A DNA stretch of 33,850 bases from Candidatus Iainarchaeum sp. (GCA_043820655.1 JBDRDO010000030.1:1-33850); one strand, 5' to 3'; counted from the first letter of the stretch, positions 1-7,161 are shown. The notes: generated from the sequence alone by a model not told the origin. Translations and numbers: made by a program.

Positions 1-357
1 AGCGGGAAGGCGCTGAAGAAGATGAAGCAGATTATAAGGGCGCAGGGCGGGAAAATAACCGAGTCATCGCAGATAGTGCTTGCGAAGAAAAAGGTGCAGG
101 TAAGGGCGAAAATGGAGGGGGAAATAAGCAAGGTCAATATCAGGAAGCTGAACAAAATTGCAAGGCTTGCGGGCGCGCCCGCGGACAAGAAAGCAGGAAT
201 AATGCTGAATGCCAGGGAAGGGGACAAGATAGAGCGCGGGGCACTGCTTATGTAGATTTACGGGAAGGATGAAAGAAGGCTTGAGGTTGCAAAGAGGTAC
301 GCGGAAACGCGCTCCCCGATAGAGCTTGAGAGAATGGTAATCGGCAGGTATTCATAA
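1..357 (+). CDS. deoA: AMP phosphorylase (thymidine/pyrimidine-nucleoside phosphorylase family), 3' part only; interrupted by an in-frame TAG at 253-255
   Basis: Frame 1 reads SGKALKKMKQIIRAQGG...IARLAGAPADKKAGIMLNAREGDKIERGALLM*IYGKDERRLEVAKRYAETRSPIELERMVIGRYS (TAA 355-357). SGKA..KM..II.AQGG and IAR.AGAP.DK.AG are typical of the archaeal AMP phosphorylase C-terminal domain, and homology-like sequence continues past the TAG. Confidence 0.85.
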
Positions 358-366
358 GGGCGGCAC

Positions 367-407
367 GGGGTGGACGCATAGCACCTTGAGTTCGGTGCGG
401 AAACCCC
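367..407 (+). other. GC-rich stem-loop just downstream of AMP phosphorylase (function unknown)
   Basis: GGGGT(367-371)/ACCCC(403-407) plus either CGCA(375-378)/TGCG(396-399), closing a GGA/GAA internal loop, or GCACC(381-385)/GGTGC(394-398). Confidence 0.4.
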
Positions 408-517
408 CTAAGGATTGGCTGAATTTTTCTGTTGCAACTATAATGCGCGAACTGCTTAATTAAGTTTTTGGTTTTTGCTTGCAAAGCATTAAGAACAAGT
501 TTGAGCCTTATTAAAGT

Positions 518-1153
518 ATGAAGTTCCCAGGCGAAATTGTCAAGAAAATCTGGCGTGACAGGCGGGAGGGCTCATTCGGGTTGAAGCACACGATACCTCC
601 TGATGCCATGGAAAAGGGCGGAGTGAAAAGATATAAGATAATAAAAGACAAGAAAATGTTCCTCCTTGTTGACCAAAGCAAAGTAGGCGCCACAAATGCC
701 ATTGTTGCATTCCCGAAGCCCGAGCACATTGATGCATTCAATAAGACAACAAAGAGCTGGTTTATGCACGAGGAATATCCCGGATGTGTAGGTATTTTGC
801 TTTTGTCGCATTGCAGCCCGAGCCATGGATATTCTGGCCCTATCTTAATTGAAAAGACCTACTATACTATGCCCTATTGCCAAACCAGTTTCACAACAGG
901 GCAGGGCCACGGCCAGCTGCCCCGCTCTCTGGCGACCAAGTATGCGGGCTGGAGATACAGGGCGATAACTGAAGCAGTTGACATAGTGCGCAAGACAAGC
1001 GAAACACTTTATATAGAACGGGAAGATGCGAAACGCGGAAACTTCATGGCTGACCTGAACAAGGCATGTACTGGACTGGGGCTAAAGCCCGGAAATGAAA
1101 AAGAGAAGCCCTCATATTGGGAAGGGGAAAGGAAGGTTGTGCAGGTAGTGTAA
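518..1153 (+). CDS. Hypothetical protein, paralog A of a tandem pair (possible degenerate GNAT-like fold)
   Basis: 211-aa ATG ORF; shares the blocks YKIIKDKKM, VAxPKxEHI, PGxxGxL, LPRSLATKYxGWR and YWxGxRxVV with the next ORF. Confidence 0.85.
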   Translation: MKFPGEIVKKIWRDRREGSFGLKHTIPPDAMEKGGVKRYKIIKDKKMFLLVDQSKVGATNAIVAFPKPEHIDAFNKTTKSWFMHEEYPGCVGILLLSHCSPSHGYSGPILIEKTYYTMPYCQTSFTTGQGHGQLPRSLATKYAGWRYRAITEAVDIVRKTSETLYIEREDAKRGNFMADLNKACTGLGLKPGNEKEKPSYWEGERKVVQVV

Positions 1154-1173
1154 CTTTTTTGCAGGGATGAGAA

Positions 1174-1806
1174 ATGTTTTTTTACGTCTGGCATCCACCA
1201 ATCAAAAAAAGAATCCCTATCAAAATGGTCAAGAATATTTGGGAGGCACACGGGACAAATGCGCATGAAGGGTCGCACCCCGCAGGTTACAAAATAATAA
1301 AAGACAAAAAGATGGTTGTGGTTGTGCAGACGGGAGGCTCCTCATCATGGGAGCATATTAAGTTTGTCGCATACCCAAAACTCGAACATATTGAAATATT
1401 CAGGAAGGCTGCGAAAGGCGTAAGGGAAGGTGGGGAAGCCGAAATAAATCCCGGTGCAATCGGGACTCTCCAGATATACCGCGTTGGTGAAAAGAACAGG
1501 GGGCCAAAGGATGTTCACATCCATCTGGATTATTCACAATCGCACTTCGCAGCAGGGGAGGGCAAGGGAATGCTTCCACGCTCCCTTGCGACCAAGTATG
1601 GAGGGTGGAGGGAAAGGTGCCTGAGGGAGGCAGTAAAATTTGCGCTTGAAAACGGAGGTCGCCTAAATATTTCAGGCGAAGTCAGAAACAAAGGGGACTT
1701 CAAGGAAACCCTTCATAAGGTCTGTTTGGAAATGGGGCTGAGGCCTGTTAAAACAGAGTACGGCTATGAATATTGGAAAGGGCGCAGGTTTGTTGTTGAT
1801 GCCTGA
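1174..1806 (+). CDS. Hypothetical protein, paralog B of a tandem pair
   Basis: 210-aa ATG ORF, colinear with 518-1153 over its whole length. Conservation is at protein level with synonymous codon changes, which supports coding status. Confidence 0.85.
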   Translation: MFFYVWHPPIKKRIPIKMVKNIWEAHGTNAHEGSHPAGYKIIKDKKMVVVVQTGGSSSWEHIKFVAYPKLEHIEIFRKAAKGVREGGEAEINPGAIGTLQIYRVGEKNRGPKDVHIHLDYSQSHFAAGEGKGMLPRSLATKYGGWRERCLREAVKFALENGGRLNISGEVRNKGDFKETLHKVCLEMGLRPVKTEYGYEYWKGRRFVVDA

Positions 1807-1842
1807 GCAAAACAAGCCAGATGCAGTTAGATTTCTAACTGC
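1807..1842. repeat. Copy 1 of a 36-bp imperfect direct repeat; contains the palindrome GCAGTTAGA-TT-TCTAACTGC (1823-1842)
   Basis: gcaaaacaagccagatgcagttagatttctaactgc aligns without gaps to 1977-2012 (offset 170); 9-bp arms around a 2-nt centre. Confidence 0.9.
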
Positions 1843-1925
1843 CCGGCATTTTGAGCATGCTTTCAGCCAAAAAGAAGCCCGCTCCTGCCTTTTTGTTTTC
1901 GATGAATAAGCGAATATCGCTTTCC

Positions 1926-1937
1926 AAATCTAACTGC
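1926..1937. repeat. Isolated half-site AAATCTAACTGC
   Basis: Exact reverse complement of 1823-1834 (GCAGTTAGATTT). Confidence 0.75.
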
Positions 1938-1976
1938 TATTTTTCATGTTTCAAAACCCCGCGTTTCCGCCTTACG

Positions 1977-2012
1977 GCAAAATAAGCCATGTTGAGTTAG
2001 ATTTCTAACTCA
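1977..2012. repeat. Copy 2 of the 36-bp direct repeat; contains the palindrome TGAGTTAGA-TT-TCTAACTCA (1993-2012)
   Basis: gcaaaataagccatgttgagttagatttctaactca; the outer two pairs differ from copy 1 but remain complementary. Confidence 0.9.
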
Positions 2013-2179
2013 CAGCGGTTTTGCGGTCTTTGATACAGAAACCAAGCAATCTGCACTTAGTTTTTCCCCTGCTAGTTAAGAAGTGTTTTTTTGTGTTGTT
2101 TTTGAATGTTAACTCTGGCTGCTGCTTGCACTGTAGATTCCTTTTTGATGATTGCGGTAGACTTCTATATTGTGGTACT

Positions 2180-3214
2180 ATGGCTAAATGCCCGAACTGT
2201 GGCAAAGAGCACAATAACAAAAGATATTGCTCAATCGAATGCAGAATCCAGCATAGCAAAAAAATAAGCCGTAAATCAAATCTTTCAGAAATACTTAGGA
2301 AGAATATGGTTGGAATAGTAATTGGAGTTTTTGTAACCTTGTTATGTACCCTTTGGATTTTGCCCCTATATGAAGACCTCTTCATTAACGCGCCATTGGG
2401 CCATAAATTAAATATTGATTGTTGCGACTTTGAAACAAGCGCGGGGAAGCCTATTATTTCCGCTAAAATTAGAAATATGGGTGGCTATGAGTTAACAGGA
2501 ATAAAAGCAAACGTGAGTTACTCTTGCTTTGCGTATGATAAAAATGCCGTCATGTTTTCTGGTGGTGGGGAAATAAATCCTCCTTCGGCTGTTCTTCCAA
2601 AAGGAGGTGCTGGCGCCCTCCTGTTTTTCGACCAAAACTTAGTGGATTCACTTCGCATAGGGGATAATTGTGCGCAGTACATATATGCCGAGCCGAATTT
2701 TGGCGTTGATGAGTCAGGCAAAAATTGCTGGGAGTCTTGGACTGCATATTCATACTATCCAAAGACAGGGGCTATTGAAACAAAGATTTTACAAGCGCCA
2801 GGAGACAGCATAATCGCACCAATATGTGCAAACTGCAACTTAGAGATTTCAGTTCAAACTGCTGAGGGAGGCGACTTTAATTTTGCTACCTCTTGGAATG
2901 GCGCATATTCTGGCTGGATCTATAATGCATACGGTTGCATGAGTGATGAGGAGGTTACTGATAACATCTTTGGGCTTTCATTAATGCCCGCAGGATTATG
3001 CGCTTCAACTGACAACAACACTTATGATTACAATTGTGTTTTCGAACTTTGCGGAAAAGTGAAGAAAAAATATCCTGAAGTAGGTTGCTACCCCAACGGC
3101 TTTATGGGGAGTTTCCCTTCTTCGCCATTGGATATGTATACACATTGCCGCAACCCGCAGGAAATAATACAAAACTCTTTGGATTACTCAAATAAGACCT
3201 CGCAGGGAACATGA
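2180..3214 (+). CDS. Membrane-anchored Cys-rich surface protein with N-terminal Zn ribbon
   Basis: Likely start is ATG 2180 (MAKCPNCGKEHNNKRYCSIEC: CxxC...CxxxC). It is followed by one hydrophobic helix (MVGIVIGVFVTLLCTLWILPLY) and a long Cys/Asn/Tyr-rich domain with an Ig/CARDB-like strand (ISAKIRNMGG) and N-X-S/T sequons (NVS, NNT, NKT). Confidence 0.75.
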   Translation: MAKCPNCGKEHNNKRYCSIECRIQHSKKISRKSNLSEILRKNMVGIVIGVFVTLLCTLWILPLYEDLFINAPLGHKLNIDCCDFETSAGKPIISAKIRNMGGYELTGIKANVSYSCFAYDKNAVMFSGGGEINPPSAVLPKGGAGALLFFDQNLVDSLRIGDNCAQYIYAEPNFGVDESGKNCWESWTAYSYYPKTGAIETKILQAPGDSIIAPICANCNLEISVQTAEGGDFNFATSWNGAYSGWIYNAYGCMSDEEVTDNIFGLSLMPAGLCASTDNNTYDYNCVFELCGKVKKKYPEVGCYPNGFMGSFPSSPLDMYTHCRNPQEIIQNSLDYSNKTSQGT

Positions 3215-3215
3215 A

Positions 3216-4106
3216 TTAGTTCTCTGCCCGTGCCAGCTTAATCGGTTCTATTGTGGAGATATTTGCCCCAGAGAGAACAGAACTCATCTCCTCGTTTTTT
3301 TCTCCCCTTCCCTCAGCTTGTTCTGCGGTTTCGCCCATAAACTGGCGCAACCCAGCTTTATCGTATGTCGCCCTTGACTTAAGTTTAATCTTCTTGTCGC
3401 GTTTGCATTCTGTTGTTTCAAAGGAGATCACTATTGTGCTGTCTGGAAAATAGTCTCCAAACTTGACTGCCACTGTTTTGTTTTCTCCCTCTATTTTTTC
3501 CCAACCAATACATCCTGCCAGAATGTCAGCGAGATAAACTTCAGGGTCTTCATTGCGATCGCCGTCAACCCTTACGCGACATTTGCTAGTACTTAGCCTT
3601 TTTTTGATTTCTTCTATTATTTGTTTGGCCGCCTTTCCCTTTGAAAGGTCTCCGCAATTGCAAAAATCCCATTCCACATAAAAGCCCTCTTCTTCAAAAC
3701 ACTTTACAACACTCCACATTGCCATTGTGGCTTGTTTTACGTGTGGTTTGAAGGGGTATTCTTTCGGGGAATCTTCGGTTCTAAAAACATATTTTTTGAA
3801 ATTGCCGTTTTCCGGCAATATGCTTGGTGATTGCGTTTTGTCATAATGGAGGAAACTGTATTGGAACGAGTGCCTGCTCAATATTTCATAGATGCCTTTT
3901 CTATTTCCTTCAGATTTCCCCACATCCTTTCCCTTCCCGGGAAATTGCCGCATTATCTCTTCCTTTGCTTTGCGGATTTCTTTAAAATTCTTGGCGATAA
4001 TCTGGGCAATTATAAGGGGATTCTTAGCAGAGTTCTTTTCACTCTTTTCTAGATATCCGACCCCCCTGCTAATGTCCAGTCCAACAAATATTTTTTCCTG
4101 CGGCAT
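3216..4106 (-). CDS. Hypothetical protein, DUF3800-like (predicted RNase H fold)
   Basis: 296-aa ORF. The N-terminal strand IFVGLDIS, internal YVEWD and C-terminal VYLADILAG resemble the DUF3800 motifs hhhDESG...hhhD...QLADhhAG. Confidence 0.6.
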   Translation of the reverse strand: MPQEKIFVGLDISRGVGYLEKSEKNSAKNPLIIAQIIAKNFKEIRKAKEEIMRQFPGKGKDVGKSEGNRKGIYEILSRHSFQYSFLHYDKTQSPSILPENGNFKKYVFRTEDSPKEYPFKPHVKQATMAMWSVVKCFEEEGFYVEWDFCNCGDLSKGKAAKQIIEEIKKRLSTSKCRVRVDGDRNEDPEVYLADILAGCIGWEKIEGENKTVAVKFGDYFPDSTIVISFETTECKRDKKIKLKSRATYDKAGLRQFMGETAEQAEGRGEKNEEMSSVLSGANISTIEPIKLARAEN

Positions 4107-4144
4107 ATGAATATCTGAACTGAAACTCTATTTAACTTACTGTT

Positions 4145-5329
4145 TTACTGCCCATGCAACGAAGTAAGCACCTGCTTCACAACTGCGGGATTCCCTTTCG
4201 CGAACTGCATCAGTTCCATCACAGCAATGATTGCCTCCTGGTCTTTCTGCTCTATTTCCTGCACTTCCTGCGCCGCCTCCTGTGTGAGTGGCAGCCAGCA
4301 TTTCTGGCAGTACTGGTTGTTTACGTCGTTCTGCTCCTTGCAGCGCGGGCAGGGCTCCCTTTTCAGTATGTCCTCCGCCTTGTCCTCGTTCACAAGGCCG
4401 TGCAGCCTCAGTATTGCATTATCAACCTGCTTCCCCGAAAGGTGCACGTAGCGCGCCGCCATTTTGGAATCCTGCACCCAGCCGAAATATTCCTTCATCT
4501 GTGCCTCGGTCAGGTGCTGTGCCATGTAGGTTGCGCGTGAGTGCCTGAAATGATGAGGATTAACAGGCTTGTTTATCTTCGCCCTTTTCGCGGTCTGCTT
4601 CAGCATCTTCATAATGTACCTGTGCGTCAGTTGCTCGCCAACATTCTGCTCTTTCCTTACCCACACAGGCGCCTGCTGGTCCGAGGAATTAGGGTGGGCA
4701 TTTATCCATTCAAGGAGGTCGGGCGCGGAATTCACAAGCCTGACAGGTCTTATCCCTGTCTTGCCGTCCACGATTATCTTGCAGCCGAACTTGTCAAAGG
4801 CAAGGTTCTTTATTTGCAGGCCGCCAATCTCGCCAACGCGCGCGCCGCTCTCCCAGAGCACGGCAATCATCGCCTTATCCCTCTTGTTAAGCGCGGCCTT
4901 AAGCAACCTCTTTATGTCCTCCTGTTCAAGCATGTCCTCTGGGAGCTTCTTCTCGGTTTTCGAGCCCCTGCAGGAAAACCACTTCACGCAGGCGGGCTGT
5001 TTGCCGTTGTTGAGCCACTTAAAAAAGCACTTCAGTATCTCCTTGTCGGTTTCTATTGATGCAACGGACTTCTTTTCTTTCATCATCAGCAGGAACAGCT
5101 TTTCTATGTCCTTCCGCTGTAGCTTATTCAGGTCTTTTTTGAGCCTCTTTGCGATAAGCCGGAGGCTCGTGCAGTGCCTTATCATCCTGGCCTTGCTTAT
5201 GTTCCTGCAGAGGTTGTATTCGTAGAACTTGAGGATAAGGCTCCTGTTCTTTGCGGAAATCTGCGCGCTTTTAACACGCGCAATTTCCTGCTCCAGCATT
5301 CCGTCATAGTCATGCAGGTACTTTCTCAT
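4145..5329 (-). CDS. Tyrosine recombinase/integrase with C-terminal Zn ribbon
   Basis: Complete catalytic set: R (ESGARVGE), K (DGKTG), HxxR (HHFRH), W (FGW), Y (ARYVH); CPRC...CQKC at the C-terminus. ATG 5329 is preceded by the SD-like GGAAGGTGA and the TATA-like TTTTAAAG (5356-5363). Confidence 0.95.
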   Translation of the reverse strand: MRKYLHDYDGMLEQEIARVKSAQISAKNRSLILKFYEYNLCRNISKARMIRHCTSLRLIAKRLKKDLNKLQRKDIEKLFLLMMKEKKSVASIETDKEILKCFFKWLNNGKQPACVKWFSCRGSKTEKKLPEDMLEQEDIKRLLKAALNKRDKAMIAVLWESGARVGEIGGLQIKNLAFDKFGCKIIVDGKTGIRPVRLVNSAPDLLEWINAHPNSSDQQAPVWVRKEQNVGEQLTHRYIMKMLKQTAKRAKINKPVNPHHFRHSRATYMAQHLTEAQMKEYFGWVQDSKMAARYVHLSGKQVDNAILRLHGLVNEDKAEDILKREPCPRCKEQNDVNNQYCQKCWLPLTQEAAQEVQEIEQKDQEAIIAVMELMQFAKGNPAVVKQVLTSLHGQ

Positions 5330-5404
5330 ATACGTCACCTTCCTCAACCGAAATCCTTTAAAAGAGGCAACGCATCGAACTGAGAATACTATGCGGGGTG
5401 TGCG

Positions 5405-6238
5405 CTATTTTGAGAATTTGGAGAATATTTTTACGAGGTCATCAACCGCAAGGAGGCTGACCTTTTCATCGCTTTGCGGGAGGGAATCGGAAATTTGTTT
5501 GAATTCATCCTCCTGTATATTAAGCCCGCTCCCCAGGAAATGCCAGGACTTTTCAAGCGCATTGCGCAGGTTTTTGTTCTTGTACCTGAAAATCGACTTC
5601 AGGAATGCGATAAATAATTTTTCGTTTTTCACTGTGCCGAAGCGTTTTTTTGGCGTGAGCTTTAACAGCGCGGAGAATGTTTTCGGGCGAGGGAAAAATG
5701 CGGAGGGGGAGATGTTGCGCTCTAAAATCTCGGGCTCGAAAAAATAATTTGCAACTACGGAGATTGGCCCGTACTCCATGAAGCCCGGCTCCGCGGTTAA
5801 CTTCTGCGCAAACTCGCGCTGGAAAACCAAAACCGCGAGCTTGAAATCATGCTCAATTAATTTGTAAATTATGCCCGAGGAAATTGTGTACGGGGGAAAT
5901 GAAACAACCTTTGTGAATTTAGGGAGCTTTGCCCTGATGAAATCGCCGCAGATTAATTTGAACTTTTTGTTTTTGCCAAGGTCCTCCTGCAGGAGTTCGC
6001 ACAGGGTTTTGTCGGTTTCAACAGCAGTTACCTTTGCGTGCTCAAGGAGGGCGCGTGTCAGAAAGCCCGAGCCCGCGCCGATTTCAAGCACGGAATCTGT
6101 TTTTTTAAGTTCCGCCGCGGAAATTGCGCGCACAATAAGTTCGGGGTCAACAACAAAGTTCTGCCCGAACTTCGGGTTTGCGCGGAACCTGTGCCTGACC
6201 ATCTGGCTGTTAAGTGCTGTGAAAAGGTCTCCGGGCAT
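5405..6238 (-). CDS. rsmA: 16S rRNA dimethyladenosine transferase RsmA/KsgA/Dim1
   Basis: FGQNF, VLEIGAGSGFLT, (F)PPYTISS, VFQREFAQKL, YGPISV and FFPRPK motifs; usual neighbour of DUF655/rpo4/rpl21e. Confidence 0.95.
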   Translation of the reverse strand: MPGDLFTALNSQMVRHRFRANPKFGQNFVVDPELIVRAISAAELKKTDSVLEIGAGSGFLTRALLEHAKVTAVETDKTLCELLQEDLGKNKKFKLICGDFIRAKLPKFTKVVSFPPYTISSGIIYKLIEHDFKLAVLVFQREFAQKLTAEPGFMEYGPISVVANYFFEPEILERNISPSAFFPRPKTFSALLKLTPKKRFGTVKNEKLFIAFLKSIFRYKNKNLRNALEKSWHFLGSGLNIQEDEFKQISDSLPQSDEKVSLLAVDDLVKIFSKFSK

Positions 6239-6293
6239 ATTGAAATAGAGGGCGTGGGAATGCTTTTAAGTGTTTTCGGGCATGGATTGGGGA

Positions 6294-6725
6294 ATGGAAC
6301 TGAGCATATTGCTTATAGAGGACAACCCCGCCAATCAGGAGGAGCTCAGGAAGGCGTTTCTCGAGGTTGAGCCAGCGCTTGAGTTTGAGGTTAAGCCAGA
6401 TCATGTCTCCGGGCTTAGGGATGCGGACAAGAAGAATTACAACCTCATATTTGTGGATTATGAAATTGCGGGGGAAAAGGCAGATCAGGAAATGGTGAAA
6501 AAATTCAGGGAGGCGTCAAGGGAGAGTTATATACTGCTTATTTCAAGCTTTCCGAAGAAACTGATATTTGAGGAACAGCCCGCGCTTAAGGAAGTGCCGT
6601 TCCTGCAGAAGCCGTTTTTGGACAGGGAGATAAGGCAGATTGTGAAACTGCTTGAACAGCATCCGTTCAGGACCGAGGATAACGCGGAGGCTGTGAGGAA
6701 AAAACTGGGAAGGATACTGGACTGA
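6294..6725 (+). CDS. Stand-alone response regulator receiver (CheY-like) protein
   Basis: ILLIEDN acidic pocket, LIFVD phosphoacceptor, ILLISS (Ser/Thr), FLQKPF (Lys-Pro). ATG 6294 lies about 25 nt after TTTTAAG; ATG 6282 is an alternative start. Confidence 0.85.
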   Translation: MELSILLIEDNPANQEELRKAFLEVEPALEFEVKPDHVSGLRDADKKNYNLIFVDYEIAGEKADQEMVKKFREASRESYILLISSFPKKLIFEEQPALKEVPFLQKPFLDREIRQIVKLLEQHPFRTEDNAEAVRKKLGRILD

Positions 6726-6748
6726 ATTGATATTAGGAGGTTTTGTGC

Positions 6749-7156
6749 ATGGAAGTGTTTAATCTAAGTGAGCAGAAAGAAAAGGTAAAGATAGATGCGG
6801 ATGTAGGAATAGGTATCTCAAAATTCATAAGCGCGGAGAATATAAGTGCGGGCACGGCTGTGATTGATGCGGGAAAACAGGTTAATGCGCATTACCACGA
6901 ACAGGGGGAGGAGGTTTATCTGATTACCGAGGGAGAAGGGCAGATGTATCTGGGCAAGCCCAATACACAGGGAGTAGTTGAGTGGGATGCCCCTGTGAAG
7001 GTAAATGAAGGGGATTGCTTTCTGGTTCCGCGGGGCAGGGCGCATTCACTGCGGAATTCCGGCAGCGGCAGGCTTGTGATTGCATTCTTTTCAGCACCGC
7101 CGTTCAGTGCGGGCGGCGGCAGTGACCGTGTGCTTGTGGAAAACCCTAAAAAATAG
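6749..7156 (+). CDS. Cupin-domain protein (cupin_2 / mannose-6-phosphate isomerase-like)
   Basis: HYHEQGEEVYLITEGEG and GDCFLVPRGRAHSLRN cupin motifs; AGGAGG at 6735-6740 before ATG 6749. Confidence 0.9.
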   Translation: MEVFNLSEQKEKVKIDADVGIGISKFISAENISAGTAVIDAGKQVNAHYHEQGEEVYLITEGEGQMYLGKPNTQGVVEWDAPVKVNEGDCFLVPRGRAHSLRNSGSGRLVIAFFSAPPFSAGGGSDRVLVENPKK

Positions 7157-7161
7157 GAAAA

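Larger units (their letters stand above)
1807..5404. mobile_element. Putative integrase-associated genomic islet; boundaries uncertain
   Basis: A tyrosine integrase abuts the 3' end of rsmA, followed by two visibly AT-richer accessory genes and palindromic repeats at the distal end. No attL/attR direct repeat could be identified. Confidence 0.4.

Noticed and set aside
358-440. tRNA as integrase target after AMP phosphorylase
   Set aside because: No cloverleaf, no proper T-arm (GTTCRAATC) and no acceptor stem.
1928-2002. Canonical integron attC site with IntI
   Set aside because: R boxes match the consensus but the inner L boxes do not pair, and the integrase shows no recognisable IntI-specific insertion; kept only as a resemblance.
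1807-2012. CRISPR array
   Set aside because: Only two repeat copies, separated by 134 nt, and no cas genes.
2021-2179. N-terminal 53-aa extension of the surface protein given by the ORF track
   Set aside because: TTG start in T-rich intergenic-like DNA; the Zn ribbon begins right after ATG 2180.
4117-5383. GAACTGA 7-mer on both sides of the integrase as att repeats
   Set aside because: Too short to distinguish from chance without an empty-site comparison.
6749-7156. Cupin as the missing RmlC epimerase
   Set aside because: It has a metal-binding HxH-E-H cupin_2 signature and lacks the RmlC motifs (DxRGxF, RGLH).
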